Shown: positions 8,604 to 16,408 of the stretch, piece by piece
Position numbering within the stretch: the stretch's first letter is position 1
Layout of the letters: every line of letters starts with the position of its first letter
Source: a virus
Taxonomy: Duplodnaviria; Caudoviricetes
IMG/VR virus record: IMGVR_UViG_3300032242_001271
Span: 1-60,918 of that record
Direction: 5' to 3' (one strand)
DNA length: 60,918 bases
Notes under the pieces: generated by a model
The model's database searches: none
What the model saw: only the letters and a program-made list of their open reading frames with translations
What the model was told of the DNA's origin: nothing
Made by a program: the position numbers and the translations under genes

Positions 8604-8978
8604 TCAGAATTCGCACTCACAATAATCAATCGAAGCATTGCATTTATCGCAATCATCATCAATCTCTTCTTCATCAGACATAAAGACAATGCGCATTTCA
8701 CTAATACGATCACCTTCATAAGTAACATAAACAGGATAAGAACCATCACCCCAACCTGTAGAACAAACAGCGCCAACACCATTTTTCAGAATACCTGAAG
8801 CTTTATCTGAAAGAGTGGATTGACAAGCACCAAGATAATTAAACTCACCCTCAAAAGCAGAGAGATCATTGAAATCTTTAGTGCCTTTCTTTTCCCAAAT
8901 ACTATCAATATAGCAAGGATCACATAACATCATCTGACCCGAATCTACACCAATATGGCCAATCAATTTTTCAGTCAT
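8604..8978 (-). CDS. DUF4241-like protein
   Basis: GVDSGQMMLCDPCY...STGWGDGSYPVY. Confidence 0.7.
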   Translation of the reverse strand: MTEKLIGHIGVDSGQMMLCDPCYIDSIWEKKGTKDFNDLSAFEGEFNYLGACQSTLSDKASGILKNGVGAVCSTGWGDGSYPVYVTYEGDRISEMRIVFMSDEEEIDDDCDKCNASIDYCECEF

Positions 8979-8981
8979 TAC

Positions 8982-9218
8982 TCAACCTTCGTAGAAAGCA
9001 TCTTGGTAAGGAATATCATCAATAAAAACACTTAACTCCACCATGTTTTCTGTAGTCTTACAATAAGAAAGAAGTTCTTCTCTAATAAAACTTGTGATAG
9101 TTTTATCAAAAGCTACATTATCTCTAACAATATCCAGTGGAATATCACTAATTTTTGCATCATCAATATCTACATGAACATACATAGGAATTATAAATCT
9201 AGTCATATCAATAACCAT
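8982..9218 (-). CDS. Hypothetical protein
   Basis: Acidic ORF in operon. Confidence 0.6.
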   Translation of the reverse strand: MVIDMTRFIIPMYVHVDIDDAKISDIPLDIVRDNVAFDKTITSFIREELLSYCKTTENMVELSVFIDDIPYQDAFYEG

Positions 9219-9423
9219 CTACAACAGAAGCATTAGAGAAATCAAGAAAATCTACAGGAATATGAACATGATCATTAAACAAAGGAATCTGTTCACGAAG
9301 TCGTTTCTCAATAGTACTCTCGAAATTAAACATTGTCAGGTGATTAAACTCTTTAGGAGTCATCTGAATCGTAACAGTAGTAGGAATCTCAACATAATAC
9401 ATAGTAGTTTTAGAATTAATCAT
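9208..9423 (-). CDS. Hypothetical protein
   Basis: Start trimmed to MINSKT with GAGGAG RBS. Confidence 0.6.
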   Translation of the reverse strand: MINSKTTMYYVEIPTTVTIQMTPKEFNHLTMFNFESTIEKRLREQIPLFNDHVHIPVDFLDFSNASVVDGY

Positions 9424-9574
9424 TTTCAATCTCCTCGGGATCGAATACATCACCAGCATAAATAACCATTACATTTTCTTCCAACAAAGTATCCCAATCC
9501 CACTTAGAAGGTTTAGATGAATACTCTGGATCAAACTCTAATCTCAAAGTTACATACTGAGCTTTAATACTCAT
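9416..9574 (-). CDS. 52-aa WDW-motif mini-protein, copy 2 (not in ORF track)
   Basis: MSIKAQYVTLRLEFDPEYSSKPSKWDWDTLLEENVMVIYAGDVFDPEEIEND. Confidence 0.7.
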   Translation of the reverse strand: MSIKAQYVTLRLEFDPEYSSKPSKWDWDTLLEENVMVIYAGDVFDPEEIEND

Positions 9575-9576
9575 AA

Positions 9577-9723
9577 TCACTCATCCTTATCTGAATCAAA
9601 AAACTCACTGGCATAAAGAACTTCGATATCTTCACCAAAAAGCAAACTCCAATCCCAAACATTGGGAGCGTCGATAACTTCTGGATCATATGTAACTTCA
9701 ATAACAACATACTGGCTTTTCAT
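9577..9723 (-). CDS. 48-aa WDW-motif mini-protein, copy 1 (not in ORF track)
   Basis: MKSQYVVIEVTYDPEVIDAPNVWDWSLLFGEDIEVLYASEFFDSDKDE. Confidence 0.7.
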   Translation of the reverse strand: MKSQYVVIEVTYDPEVIDAPNVWDWSLLFGEDIEVLYASEFFDSDKDE

Positions 9724-9737
9724 AATAATACTCTTTC

Positions 9738-9920
9738 TTAGTTAAATGGACTAGTCCATGTTTCATATTGACGCAAAGTAATCTGACCACTCTTACACAA
9801 AGAGTCAGTCCAATCATTCCACGCAGTTCTAATAGCAACCTTATCATCTTTTCCGAACCATTTAATTACTCCCGGAAGAATAAACTCCCGAAAATCAGCA
9901 ACTGCTGTATTCTTTTTCAT
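9738..9920 (-). CDS. Hypothetical phage protein
   Basis: DKVAIRTAWNDWTDSLCKSGQIT..QY..W motif. Confidence 0.75.
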   Translation of the reverse strand: MKKNTAVADFREFILPGVIKWFGKDDKVAIRTAWNDWTDSLCKSGQITLRQYETWTSPFN

Positions 9921-10044
9921 TTTTCACTTTCTCATTGTGAGTATCAAACTCTTTATTAACAGCATCCAAGGCAAACTTCAAAGCATCTTTGAAGCCTTGT
10001 TCATATCCAGTACGATAATCTTTATCTCTCAACTTCTTACCCAT
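9895..10044 (-). CDS. 49-aa hypothetical protein (not in ORF track)
   Basis: MGKKLRDKDYRTGYEQGFKDAL...; fills the operon gap. Confidence 0.5.
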   Translation of the reverse strand: MGKKLRDKDYRTGYEQGFKDALKFALDAVNKEFDTHNEKVKNEKEYSSC

Positions 10045-10468
10045 ATACTAACTTTCCAAATAAAGCATATTGCACCATACAATCTGCATCTGCAGCATCA
10101 TAATCTTCACAAACAATATTGTAACTCTTTCCGTGAATATCACAAAACATTTGAATACCACGAATCATAGCAGCAACTGTAAGAATATATTCTACCGGAA
10201 TACCATTCTCATCATTTTCTTCTGCATCAACAAGTGTAATATCATAACCTCTACTCAAACATTGACTTGTCCACTCAACACCTTCAGGCCACTTTTTACT
10301 GTCCTTATAGCCATAAGGATAAGCATCACAACACCAATAAGTAATACCACCTTCAAGAGCAGTAGAGATAATGTCATCCATTTCTTGAACAGTAATGCCC
10401 ATTTTTGATTCAATGTATCCAATAATTATTGACTTATCTAGATAATCGATTGTCATGCTTTCCACCAA
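10037..10468 (-). CDS. Hypothetical phage protein
   Basis: TALEGGITYWC...DAADADCMVQYALFGKLVYG. Confidence 0.75.
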   Translation of the reverse strand: MVESMTIDYLDKSIIIGYIESKMGITVQEMDDIISTALEGGITYWCCDAYPYGYKDSKKWPEGVEWTSQCLSRGYDITLVDAEENDENGIPVEYILTVAAMIRGIQMFCDIHGKSYNIVCEDYDAADADCMVQYALFGKLVYG

Positions 10469-10683
10469 CCTTCACTTTCAACATCACAAATATAAAACTC
10501 TTCAGAACAACCACAAGGACATTGAAAACCAGTAACCCAAAAACCTTGCCACATAGGTTCAAAATAACTAGCACCGTGACAATAAGGTGTACCACAATAT
10601 CTAGCGGAAGGTATTTCTTCAAACTCTCCAAGAAAATCTGGAGGATAAAAATCAGGTTCGTTAATCTTTACTTGACTGCTCAT
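10453..10683 (-). CDS. Cys-rich hypothetical protein
   Basis: CGTPYC...CPCGC; start trimmed to MSSQVK. Confidence 0.6.
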   Translation of the reverse strand: MSSQVKINEPDFYPPDFLGEFEEIPSARYCGTPYCHGASYFEPMWQGFWVTGFQCPCGCSEEFYICDVESEGWWKA

Positions 10684-10948
10684 TCTTAATAATCTCCTCA
10701 TGTTTCTGAACATTACTATCAATTAAACGAAACTTAGAACCGGCAGGATTAGAAAAATATTCAGCAATAGGGCCACTATTTTCCCCACCACCATACTCGA
10801 ATACTCTCATATACCAGTTACTAATATTTACACCATACTGATTTTCAATAATCCTTGCTGCCTTTCTTGCTGCTTCCTCAACAGAAATAGCTTCAGATAT
10901 TTGAACAGGAAGCCTGACTTCTACAACATAATATTTATCGTTACTCAT
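10661..10948 (-). CDS. Hypothetical protein with DpnD/PcfM-like N-terminus, probably leaderless
   Basis: KYYVVEVRLPVQISEAISVEEAARKA; TAGACT 6 nt before the ATG. Confidence 0.7.
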   Translation of the reverse strand: MSNDKYYVVEVRLPVQISEAISVEEAARKAARIIENQYGVNISNWYMRVFEYGGGENSGPIAEYFSNPAGSKFRLIDSNVQKHEEIIKNEQSSKD

Positions 10949-10957
10949 AGATATAGT

Positions 10958-11101
10958 CTACAGCAAAGCGATGATAAATAAAATCGGACAAGCAATTAAA
11001 ATACCAATAAATAGAGCAAAGAATCCTCCAACTCCGACTATTACGAATAGAGCGAATATACAAAAAATTAACACACGAATAATTCCGATAAAATCCTTCA
11101 A
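10958..11101 (-). CDS. 47-aa two-TM membrane peptide (TTG start; not in ORF track)
   Basis: MKDFIGIIRVLIFCIFALFVIVGVGGFFALFIGILIACPILFIIALL. Confidence 0.45.
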   Translation of the reverse strand: MKDFIGIIRVLIFCIFALFVIVGVGGFFALFIGILIACPILFIIALL

Positions 11102-11140
11102 TATTCATATCTTTCTCTTTTCTACTTTATAGTAGGGACA

Positions 11141-12535
11141 TCAAGCCTCAACTTTCTTTTTAAGATAATTCAACTCAATAAGAAGTCTGCCAATATGATT
11201 ATCAGCTTCATTTCTAAAAGCAGGATCATCATCAGTGTAACCTGAACACAAATGATCATACTCATGAATAAGAGTACCAATCAAAGTTTCCTGATTCCTA
11301 AAAGCATTAATCGAAATATAAATATTCTGCTCTTTCATATTAGCAATACCAAGAATAGAATCTTGCTCACCTTGAGGAATAAAGAACTTTGTATTATTTA
11401 CATAATGATCGTAATCAGCAACAAACTCTTTAACAATTTTCATTGACTCTTCAAACATATTGCGATTTCTGCCAGTCAAAGTCATAAACTCATACTCAAT
11501 TTCATCACCCAAAACATCTTGAGCAGAATGAACACCACAACGGATAAGAATCTGATAAAGAAACTCACTTTTAATTTCTACAACAGATTCATTACGCATT
11601 GCAAACTGTGCTTTAAAACGCATAAGCTCAGGAGTAACAGCAATAGCATCTCCATGAATATCTTTCCAAGCTTTCAAGAAAGCACTATTAGATTGAATAC
11701 CAAAGCCGAATTGACTCTCAATCTGATACTTAGGAATATTCCACTCCCAACGCTTCTTATTAGCAGCAAAGATTAAAGTCTTGGCAATTTCAACATCATC
11801 ATCATTATCATCTCTAAGTTTACGAAACATAGCAGTAACTTGAGAACCAAGTTCATAAGTATTACGAACTCTACGCTCTTCATTCAAAGTAATACTATTA
11901 AACTCATAATCAAAGATTGAAATATCACCTTGACTATCTGAATGAACAAGCACACCTTTATAGTAAAAATTAGCTTCATGATCAAAAGACTTAAAAATCT
12001 TACTACCACCATAAGAAGTCAAAAGTGGAGTACGTTTAATTGAGAAATACTTATCAAAATCTTGAATGATATCAAGGAGTCTTTTATCAGCAGTAACATA
12101 AACTGCAAACTCACCCGGCACAAACTCAACATCATCAACAACAGTTACTGAATACTCATTACCATATTCAGTAAACTCATCTAGAGCATTAGAAAATGCT
12201 TCACGAAAGATTTGAAACTCATTATCCCAAGAAAGAATACCAGCTTCAGCAACAAAAGAAGATGGTTTCAATTCTTCATCATTATAAAGATAATAAATAC
12301 TGTTAATACCATTCTCTTCTTTGATCACATATTCCATCTTATATTGACCAAGATTATCTTCACCAACATTAATCCATTGCCAACCATTACGCAATGCTGC
12401 AATTGGAGCAAACTTTGAACCTGAACCAAATTGTCCAATTGTAGATTCATTATCACGCTTAGTAGAAAGTCCCAACTTTTCCAAATACAAACGATTTACA
12501 TCTTTAGCTTTATTCGCAATACGGATAAAAGACAT
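11141..12535 (-). CDS. GHKL/HSP90-like ATPase (permuted) with C-terminal HExxH motif
   Basis: LGLSTKR...IGQFGSGSKFA (G2 box), FREAFSNALDE (N box), TLIHEYDH. Confidence 0.75.
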   Translation of the reverse strand: MSFIRIANKAKDVNRLYLEKLGLSTKRDNESTIGQFGSGSKFAPIAALRNGWQWINVGEDNLGQYKMEYVIKEENGINSIYYLYNDEELKPSSFVAEAGILSWDNEFQIFREAFSNALDEFTEYGNEYSVTVVDDVEFVPGEFAVYVTADKRLLDIIQDFDKYFSIKRTPLLTSYGGSKIFKSFDHEANFYYKGVLVHSDSQGDISIFDYEFNSITLNEERRVRNTYELGSQVTAMFRKLRDDNDDDVEIAKTLIFAANKKRWEWNIPKYQIESQFGFGIQSNSAFLKAWKDIHGDAIAVTPELMRFKAQFAMRNESVVEIKSEFLYQILIRCGVHSAQDVLGDEIEYEFMTLTGRNRNMFEESMKIVKEFVADYDHYVNNTKFFIPQGEQDSILGIANMKEQNIYISINAFRNQETLIGTLIHEYDHLCSGYTDDDPAFRNEADNHIGRLLIELNYLKKKVEA

Positions 12536-12587
12536 TTATTTTCACTTTCTAATGATTAATGTGCGAGTCGGAGTTGCGATAAAGAGG

Positions 12588-12616
12588 AGCGTACTATGTT
12601 CAACTGGTTGCGTCAA
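12588..12616 (-). promoter_or_regulatory. SigA/sigma70-type early promoter
   Basis: TTGACG-17 nt-TACGCT; flanks homologous to the 8.2-kb promoter. Confidence 0.7.
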
Positions 12617-12751
12617 ATGCACAATCTATATTGTTTTAATTCTCGATAAAATAAATCGTGCTATGTTTCGCCCCCAAAACTTGCCTGCCAATGTTAAGCT
12701 TTATATGCCCGACCGCAACATTTAGCTTAATGTTTGACTAAAATTTAACAT

Positions 12752-12786
12752 AAAAAAATGTGGGCCTTTTTGGGGCCCACATTTTT
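12752..12786. terminator. Bidirectional intrinsic terminator downstream of rpf
   Basis: aaaaatgtgggcc...ggcccacattttt inverted repeat with A/T tails on both sides. Confidence 0.8.
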
Positions 12787-12881
12787 CGTAAAAATGTATT
12801 CAATTATACTTTTATAAAACCCTAAAGATGCGACACTTTAGGAACACTTTGCCCCTTGGAGGCAAAATTTTAGAAACACTT

Positions 12882-13409
12882 TCAACGTAAACCAAGTTTC
12901 AACGAACACCCCGGCCATTGCCCCCAACCACCAGAAGCAAGAGTTTTTTCAGCAATAACTATCTGCTGTTCTCTTGAAGCCATATAAGGAAATGGAGCGA
13001 AATCTCCACCACCCTGAGCAATCCAAGTGGAAGTAGCAAACATTATTCCACCTGAAAATGTTCCATTAACTAAGCCATAACCCCAATCACCACCGCTTTC
13101 ACATTGAGCTAAACTATCCCATACAGAATCTCCAGTCGCATAATTAACAGCGACAGTAGTTTGTATAGGGGCAGGATCGACAACAACTCTCGGAACAGTT
13201 GTCGTTGTCGTGTTAAGCCAACTCAAATCAATTGTAGTCGTTGTAGCTTCCACTACAGGATCTACAGGAGCAGTCACAGCAACTATATCTTCAGATATAG
13301 AAAATTCCTTAGGACTTTTATCTTGCTCAAGAGCAAATGCAGCCGTAAGGAATCCAAAAAATAATACAACAAAAATACTACCAAATAAAGCAATCTTTCC
13401 TTTATTCAC
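12882..13409 (-). CDS. rpf: Resuscitation-promoting factor (Rpf) family transglycosylase, secreted or membrane-anchored
   Basis: N-terminal signal/TM, Thr-rich linker, WDSLAQCESGGDW...GGIMFATSTW...ASREQQI.IAEK.LASGGWGQWPGC with the catalytic Glu. Confidence 0.9.
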   Translation of the reverse strand: MNKGKIALFGSIFVVLFFGFLTAAFALEQDKSPKEFSISEDIVAVTAPVDPVVEATTTTIDLSWLNTTTTTVPRVVVDPAPIQTTVAVNYATGDSVWDSLAQCESGGDWGYGLVNGTFSGGIMFATSTWIAQGGGDFAPFPYMASREQQIVIAEKTLASGGWGQWPGCSLKLGLR

Positions 13410-13421
13410 AATACCTCTATT

Positions 13422-13646
13422 CTACGGTCCTTGCTCTACTAAGGAAATGGCTGCAAAAGGAATATAAGTTAGATCCATTTTGCTGACCCTCTGATCATCG
13501 CCCATCTCAGTAGACATAAACACGCCATCTTCATTGACGACTCGGATATACCCGGTGCATAACCTGTTTATGTGAAGGAAACTTATTTTTACTAGAACTT
13601 TCTCTTCAGAAAGATCTGCGAAATATTCAATCTGATTTTTCCACAT
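13422..13646 (-). CDS. Putative Sm/Hfq-like fold protein
   Basis: Helix, then VLVKISF...TGYIRVVNEDGVFM...YIPFAAISLV resembles Sm1/Sm2 motifs. Confidence 0.5.
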   Translation of the reverse strand: MWKNQIEYFADLSEEKVLVKISFLHINRLCTGYIRVVNEDGVFMSTEMGDDQRVSKMDLTYIPFAAISLVEQGP

Positions 13647-13816
13647 ATGAATACCTCGGATATCTAGTATATCAAATTATCAATTTTAAATCTATTTTTA
13701 AAATAGATTATATTTTTTTATTTACAATATTTCGAAGATCAAGACAAAAATCTTGAACTTTCAAACTATCAACCAATTTTTGGTTAACAATCTCTAACAT
13801 AAAACTATCAATTGTT

Positions 13817-13856
13817 TCGAAAAGCTCCCGGCAAAAGTCTGCCGGGAGCTTTTCGA
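13817..13856. terminator. Intrinsic terminator (17-bp perfect stem)
   Basis: tcgaaaagctcccggca/tgccgggagcttttcga, 6-nt loop. Confidence 0.85.
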
Positions 13857-13874
13857 TATCTTTTTCCAAAGTGA

Positions 13875-14213
13875 TCAAGCCGTAGCCTTTGTCGTGGTAT
13901 TGCGACGAACAGTGCTCTTCTTTGCATCAAGAGTGGGATCTTCAATTTCATTCATACCAACGAAATAGAGATCACCAAGAACTTCATTATCTTCATGCTT
14001 ACGATAAACAATCTTAACCTTAAGGCCCATAGCGGAAGCAGTCTGACGAATACGCTGTTGAAGTGCATTGTACTTATTACCAGCCTCAACATCACGAACA
14101 ACCTGAGTCTCAAGAGTATTCAAAGCTTCTTGAATTTGCTTACGCTCTGCTGACGGACGGCCACCACCACGGCGAACCGCAGGAAGTTCTTCAGTCTTTT
14201 CAATGTTAAGCAT
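13875..14213 (-). CDS. Small basic putative DNA-binding protein
   Basis: Start at MLNIEK with AAGGAG RBS; LPAVRRGGGRPS motif; own terminator. Confidence 0.7.
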   Translation of the reverse strand: MLNIEKTEELPAVRRGGGRPSAERKQIQEALNTLETQVVRDVEAGNKYNALQQRIRQTASAMGLKVKIVYRKHEDNEVLGDLYFVGMNEIEDPTLDAKKSTVRRNTTTKATA

Positions 14214-14345
14214 TATATGCTCCTTATTGTAGATAATTAGTCTGTGATCAGACAGCCTGACCACTGAGAGATAGTGTAGCAGAGTCTGAGCGGAAACCTA
14301 CATCATCCTAAGATTTTTTTCTGTGGACGACAATAATTACCAACA

Positions 14346-14615
14346 CTATGCCGAAGCTTTTTCAGCCTTGCTTTTCCCAACAATATTGATACGGATTGGA
14401 CGACCCTTCTTGAAGAACTGTCCACCCCAAACTCCATAAGTGTCTCGATTAGCTAAAGCATCATCAAGACATTTTTGTTTGACACTGCAACTATTGCATA
14501 ATGCAAGTACCTGCTTCTTTTCCTTGAGTGAAAGTTCTTCAAATTCCTCAAAGAACATAGACGTGGGCATATCATTAATCCTGCACATGGCAAGCTTCAA
14601 GTCTTCGTTTTTCAT
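14346..14615 (-). CDS. whiB: WhiB family Fe-S transcription factor
   Basis: Four Cys (C...CNSCSVKQKC) and YGVWGG signature. Confidence 0.9.
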   Translation of the reverse strand: MKNEDLKLAMCRINDMPTSMFFEEFEELSLKEKKQVLALCNSCSVKQKCLDDALANRDTYGVWGGQFFKKGRPIRINIVGKSKAEKASA

Positions 14616-14623
14616 TTATTCCT

Positions 14624-16408
14624 TTAAATAATCTCAAGCCAATCAGAAATTTCTTCTGGAATTGACTTTGGTTTTCCATTTTCTTTAAAGTTTCTAGAAA
14701 TCATGTCTACAGCAAAAGTATCTTCCTCAATCTCTGCCATAGCATAATTTACTTCATCTAAGATCTCGATATCAAATTCCAACTCAGAACCGAGATTTGT
14801 GATACACATAAAAGTAGAGCCAGCAACAGCATCAGCAAGATCCTTAGATCCTGAACTTGGATGGTCTACCTTTGTATTATTAATTAACTTCAACTTAAGA
14901 AGTTCATCTTCAACAACAATATCATTCCAATAACCACGGAATCTTCCATCATAAATAGTAGTGGAAAGAGTATCGTAGTCTTTCTTTGCAACTGTATGAA
15001 GATCAGCATTAACACCAATAGCTCTCAGTGACTGGATCATATCAGCAGAGTTCCACTGATCGAAAGTTACAGAGACAACAGTAAAACGCTTAGTTAATTC
15101 TGTAATCGTTGCTCTAATATCAGCGAAAGGAATTTCAGAGTTATCTTCAGCCTTCCAGCTTTGTAGATAATCCATCTCAATAATCGGTAGATTCTCTATC
15201 CCACCCATAGTCTTAATCTTCTTAAGACCCGGAGAATGCACCATGCAAAGAGCAGCACGATCTCGCTTCAAACCTAAATCGATATGAATATATCGAGGAT
15301 GAGGATCTTTTCCAAGGAACCATTCCTTATAATGTCCATCATCATCAAGAGGATTCTCTTTAAACCTAAACGCCGCCCTAACTGATTCTGGATCACGGAA
15401 ATAAGCATCAACCATCTCCGGTGGCTCGCAAGCAAAACGTGCGCGCGCCATAATAGGATCTCTTCTAAACTCATTCTCAAATTCTTCACGATGACGAGTA
15501 GGATTAACTTCCCATGTAGCAGCCTTCAAACACCACGATGTAGCCTCCCTGTAGCCCCCACGGTTGCCTACTTTCTCATCAAGCATGACACCGCCATGTT
15601 CTAAAAGATCGTCAATAACTGACTTATATCTTTGTTGAATAAAGTCGCCTTTGAATCTAGGAAAAGAAAGAAGAACCACTTTTCCAACACTGGGAAATCG
15701 AGAAGTAATAGAAGCTCTAGCCATCTCATAAATCTCAGAAGCTGAACCCTTATTTCTAAGCTGCCCCTTCAATTCACCATCAGTCTTGAAAGCTGAAATC
15801 TCATCTAGAACAACAATAAGAACTTCATAACCTTCCCAGCCTTCTGCTTCAGAGTGACCGGAGAACATTCGAACAGGACGACTAAACCAAAAAATTTCTT
15901 GCACTCTAGGTTCAAAACCAACTTCACTAGCCCAAGGGGAAGAAAGAAGAAGGTTCTTCAAAGGATCAAAGAAAACCTGCTGAGCCTGCTTAGCATTAAC
16001 AGCAAGGTTAACAAGATCAACATAAACACCGGCAGCCTTGCCAAAGTAATCTAAAGGATCTCTCAAGCAATGAAGTAAATATGCGATATAAGCTAAAGAA
16101 ACGCGTGAAACATGATCCTTGCCAGAACCTTTGCCAAGCTGGCAAATTACCTCATTGACAGTATAATTCTGATAATACTCAAGTCCCTTTTCCTCACCAT
16201 AAAGTTCCATAAGAGTTTCTGGTTTGAAGATCTGAGTAATCCTTCTACCAATCTCAAGTTGGATTTCACTCAAAGGAGGAAGACCAAGATAATGTTTATC
16301 AGTAACAAACTTCTGCAAAGGAACAGGTTCTTCGATAAGATCCTCATTCTGCAAAAGTTTATCAAAATCATCGAAATCTAAATTAGTCCCGAAAAAATCA
16401 TCACCCAT
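14624..16408 (-). CDS. terL: Terminase large subunit
   Basis: Walker A QLGKGSGKD, Walker B VVLDEIS, nuclease HIDLG...FDQWNS...VDHPSSGSKDLADA. Confidence 0.9.
   Translation of the reverse strand: MGDDFFGTNLDFDDFDKLLQNEDLIEEPVPLQKFVTDKHYLGLPPLSEIQLEIGRRITQIFKPETLMELYGEEKGLEYYQNYTVNEVICQLGKGSGKDHVSRVSLAYIAYLLHCLRDPLDYFGKAAGVYVDLVNLAVNAKQAQQVFFDPLKNLLLSSPWASEVGFEPRVQEIFWFSRPVRMFSGHSEAEGWEGYEVLIVVLDEISAFKTDGELKGQLRNKGSASEIYEMARASITSRFPSVGKVVLLSFPRFKGDFIQQRYKSVIDDLLEHGGVMLDEKVGNRGGYREATSWCLKAATWEVNPTRHREEFENEFRRDPIMARARFACEPPEMVDAYFRDPESVRAAFRFKENPLDDDGHYKEWFLGKDPHPRYIHIDLGLKRDRAALCMVHSPGLKKIKTMGGIENLPIIEMDYLQSWKAEDNSEIPFADIRATITELTKRFTVVSVTFDQWNSADMIQSLRAIGVNADLHTVAKKDYDTLSTTIYDGRFRGYWNDIVVEDELLKLKLINNTKVDHPSSGSKDLADAVAGSTFMCITNLGSELEFDIEILDEVNYAMAEIEEDTFAVDMISRNFKENGKPKSIPEEISDWLEII

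Noticed and set aside
12536-12881. tRNA or other known RNA genes in intergenic gaps
   Set aside because: No cloverleaf or T-loop (GTTCRA) context found by eye; the hairpins fit terminators
13410-13870. c-di-AMP (ydaO) riboswitch upstream of rpf
   Set aside because: rpf is directly preceded by another ORF, and the further upstream gap is very AT-rich with no recognisable riboswitch motifs
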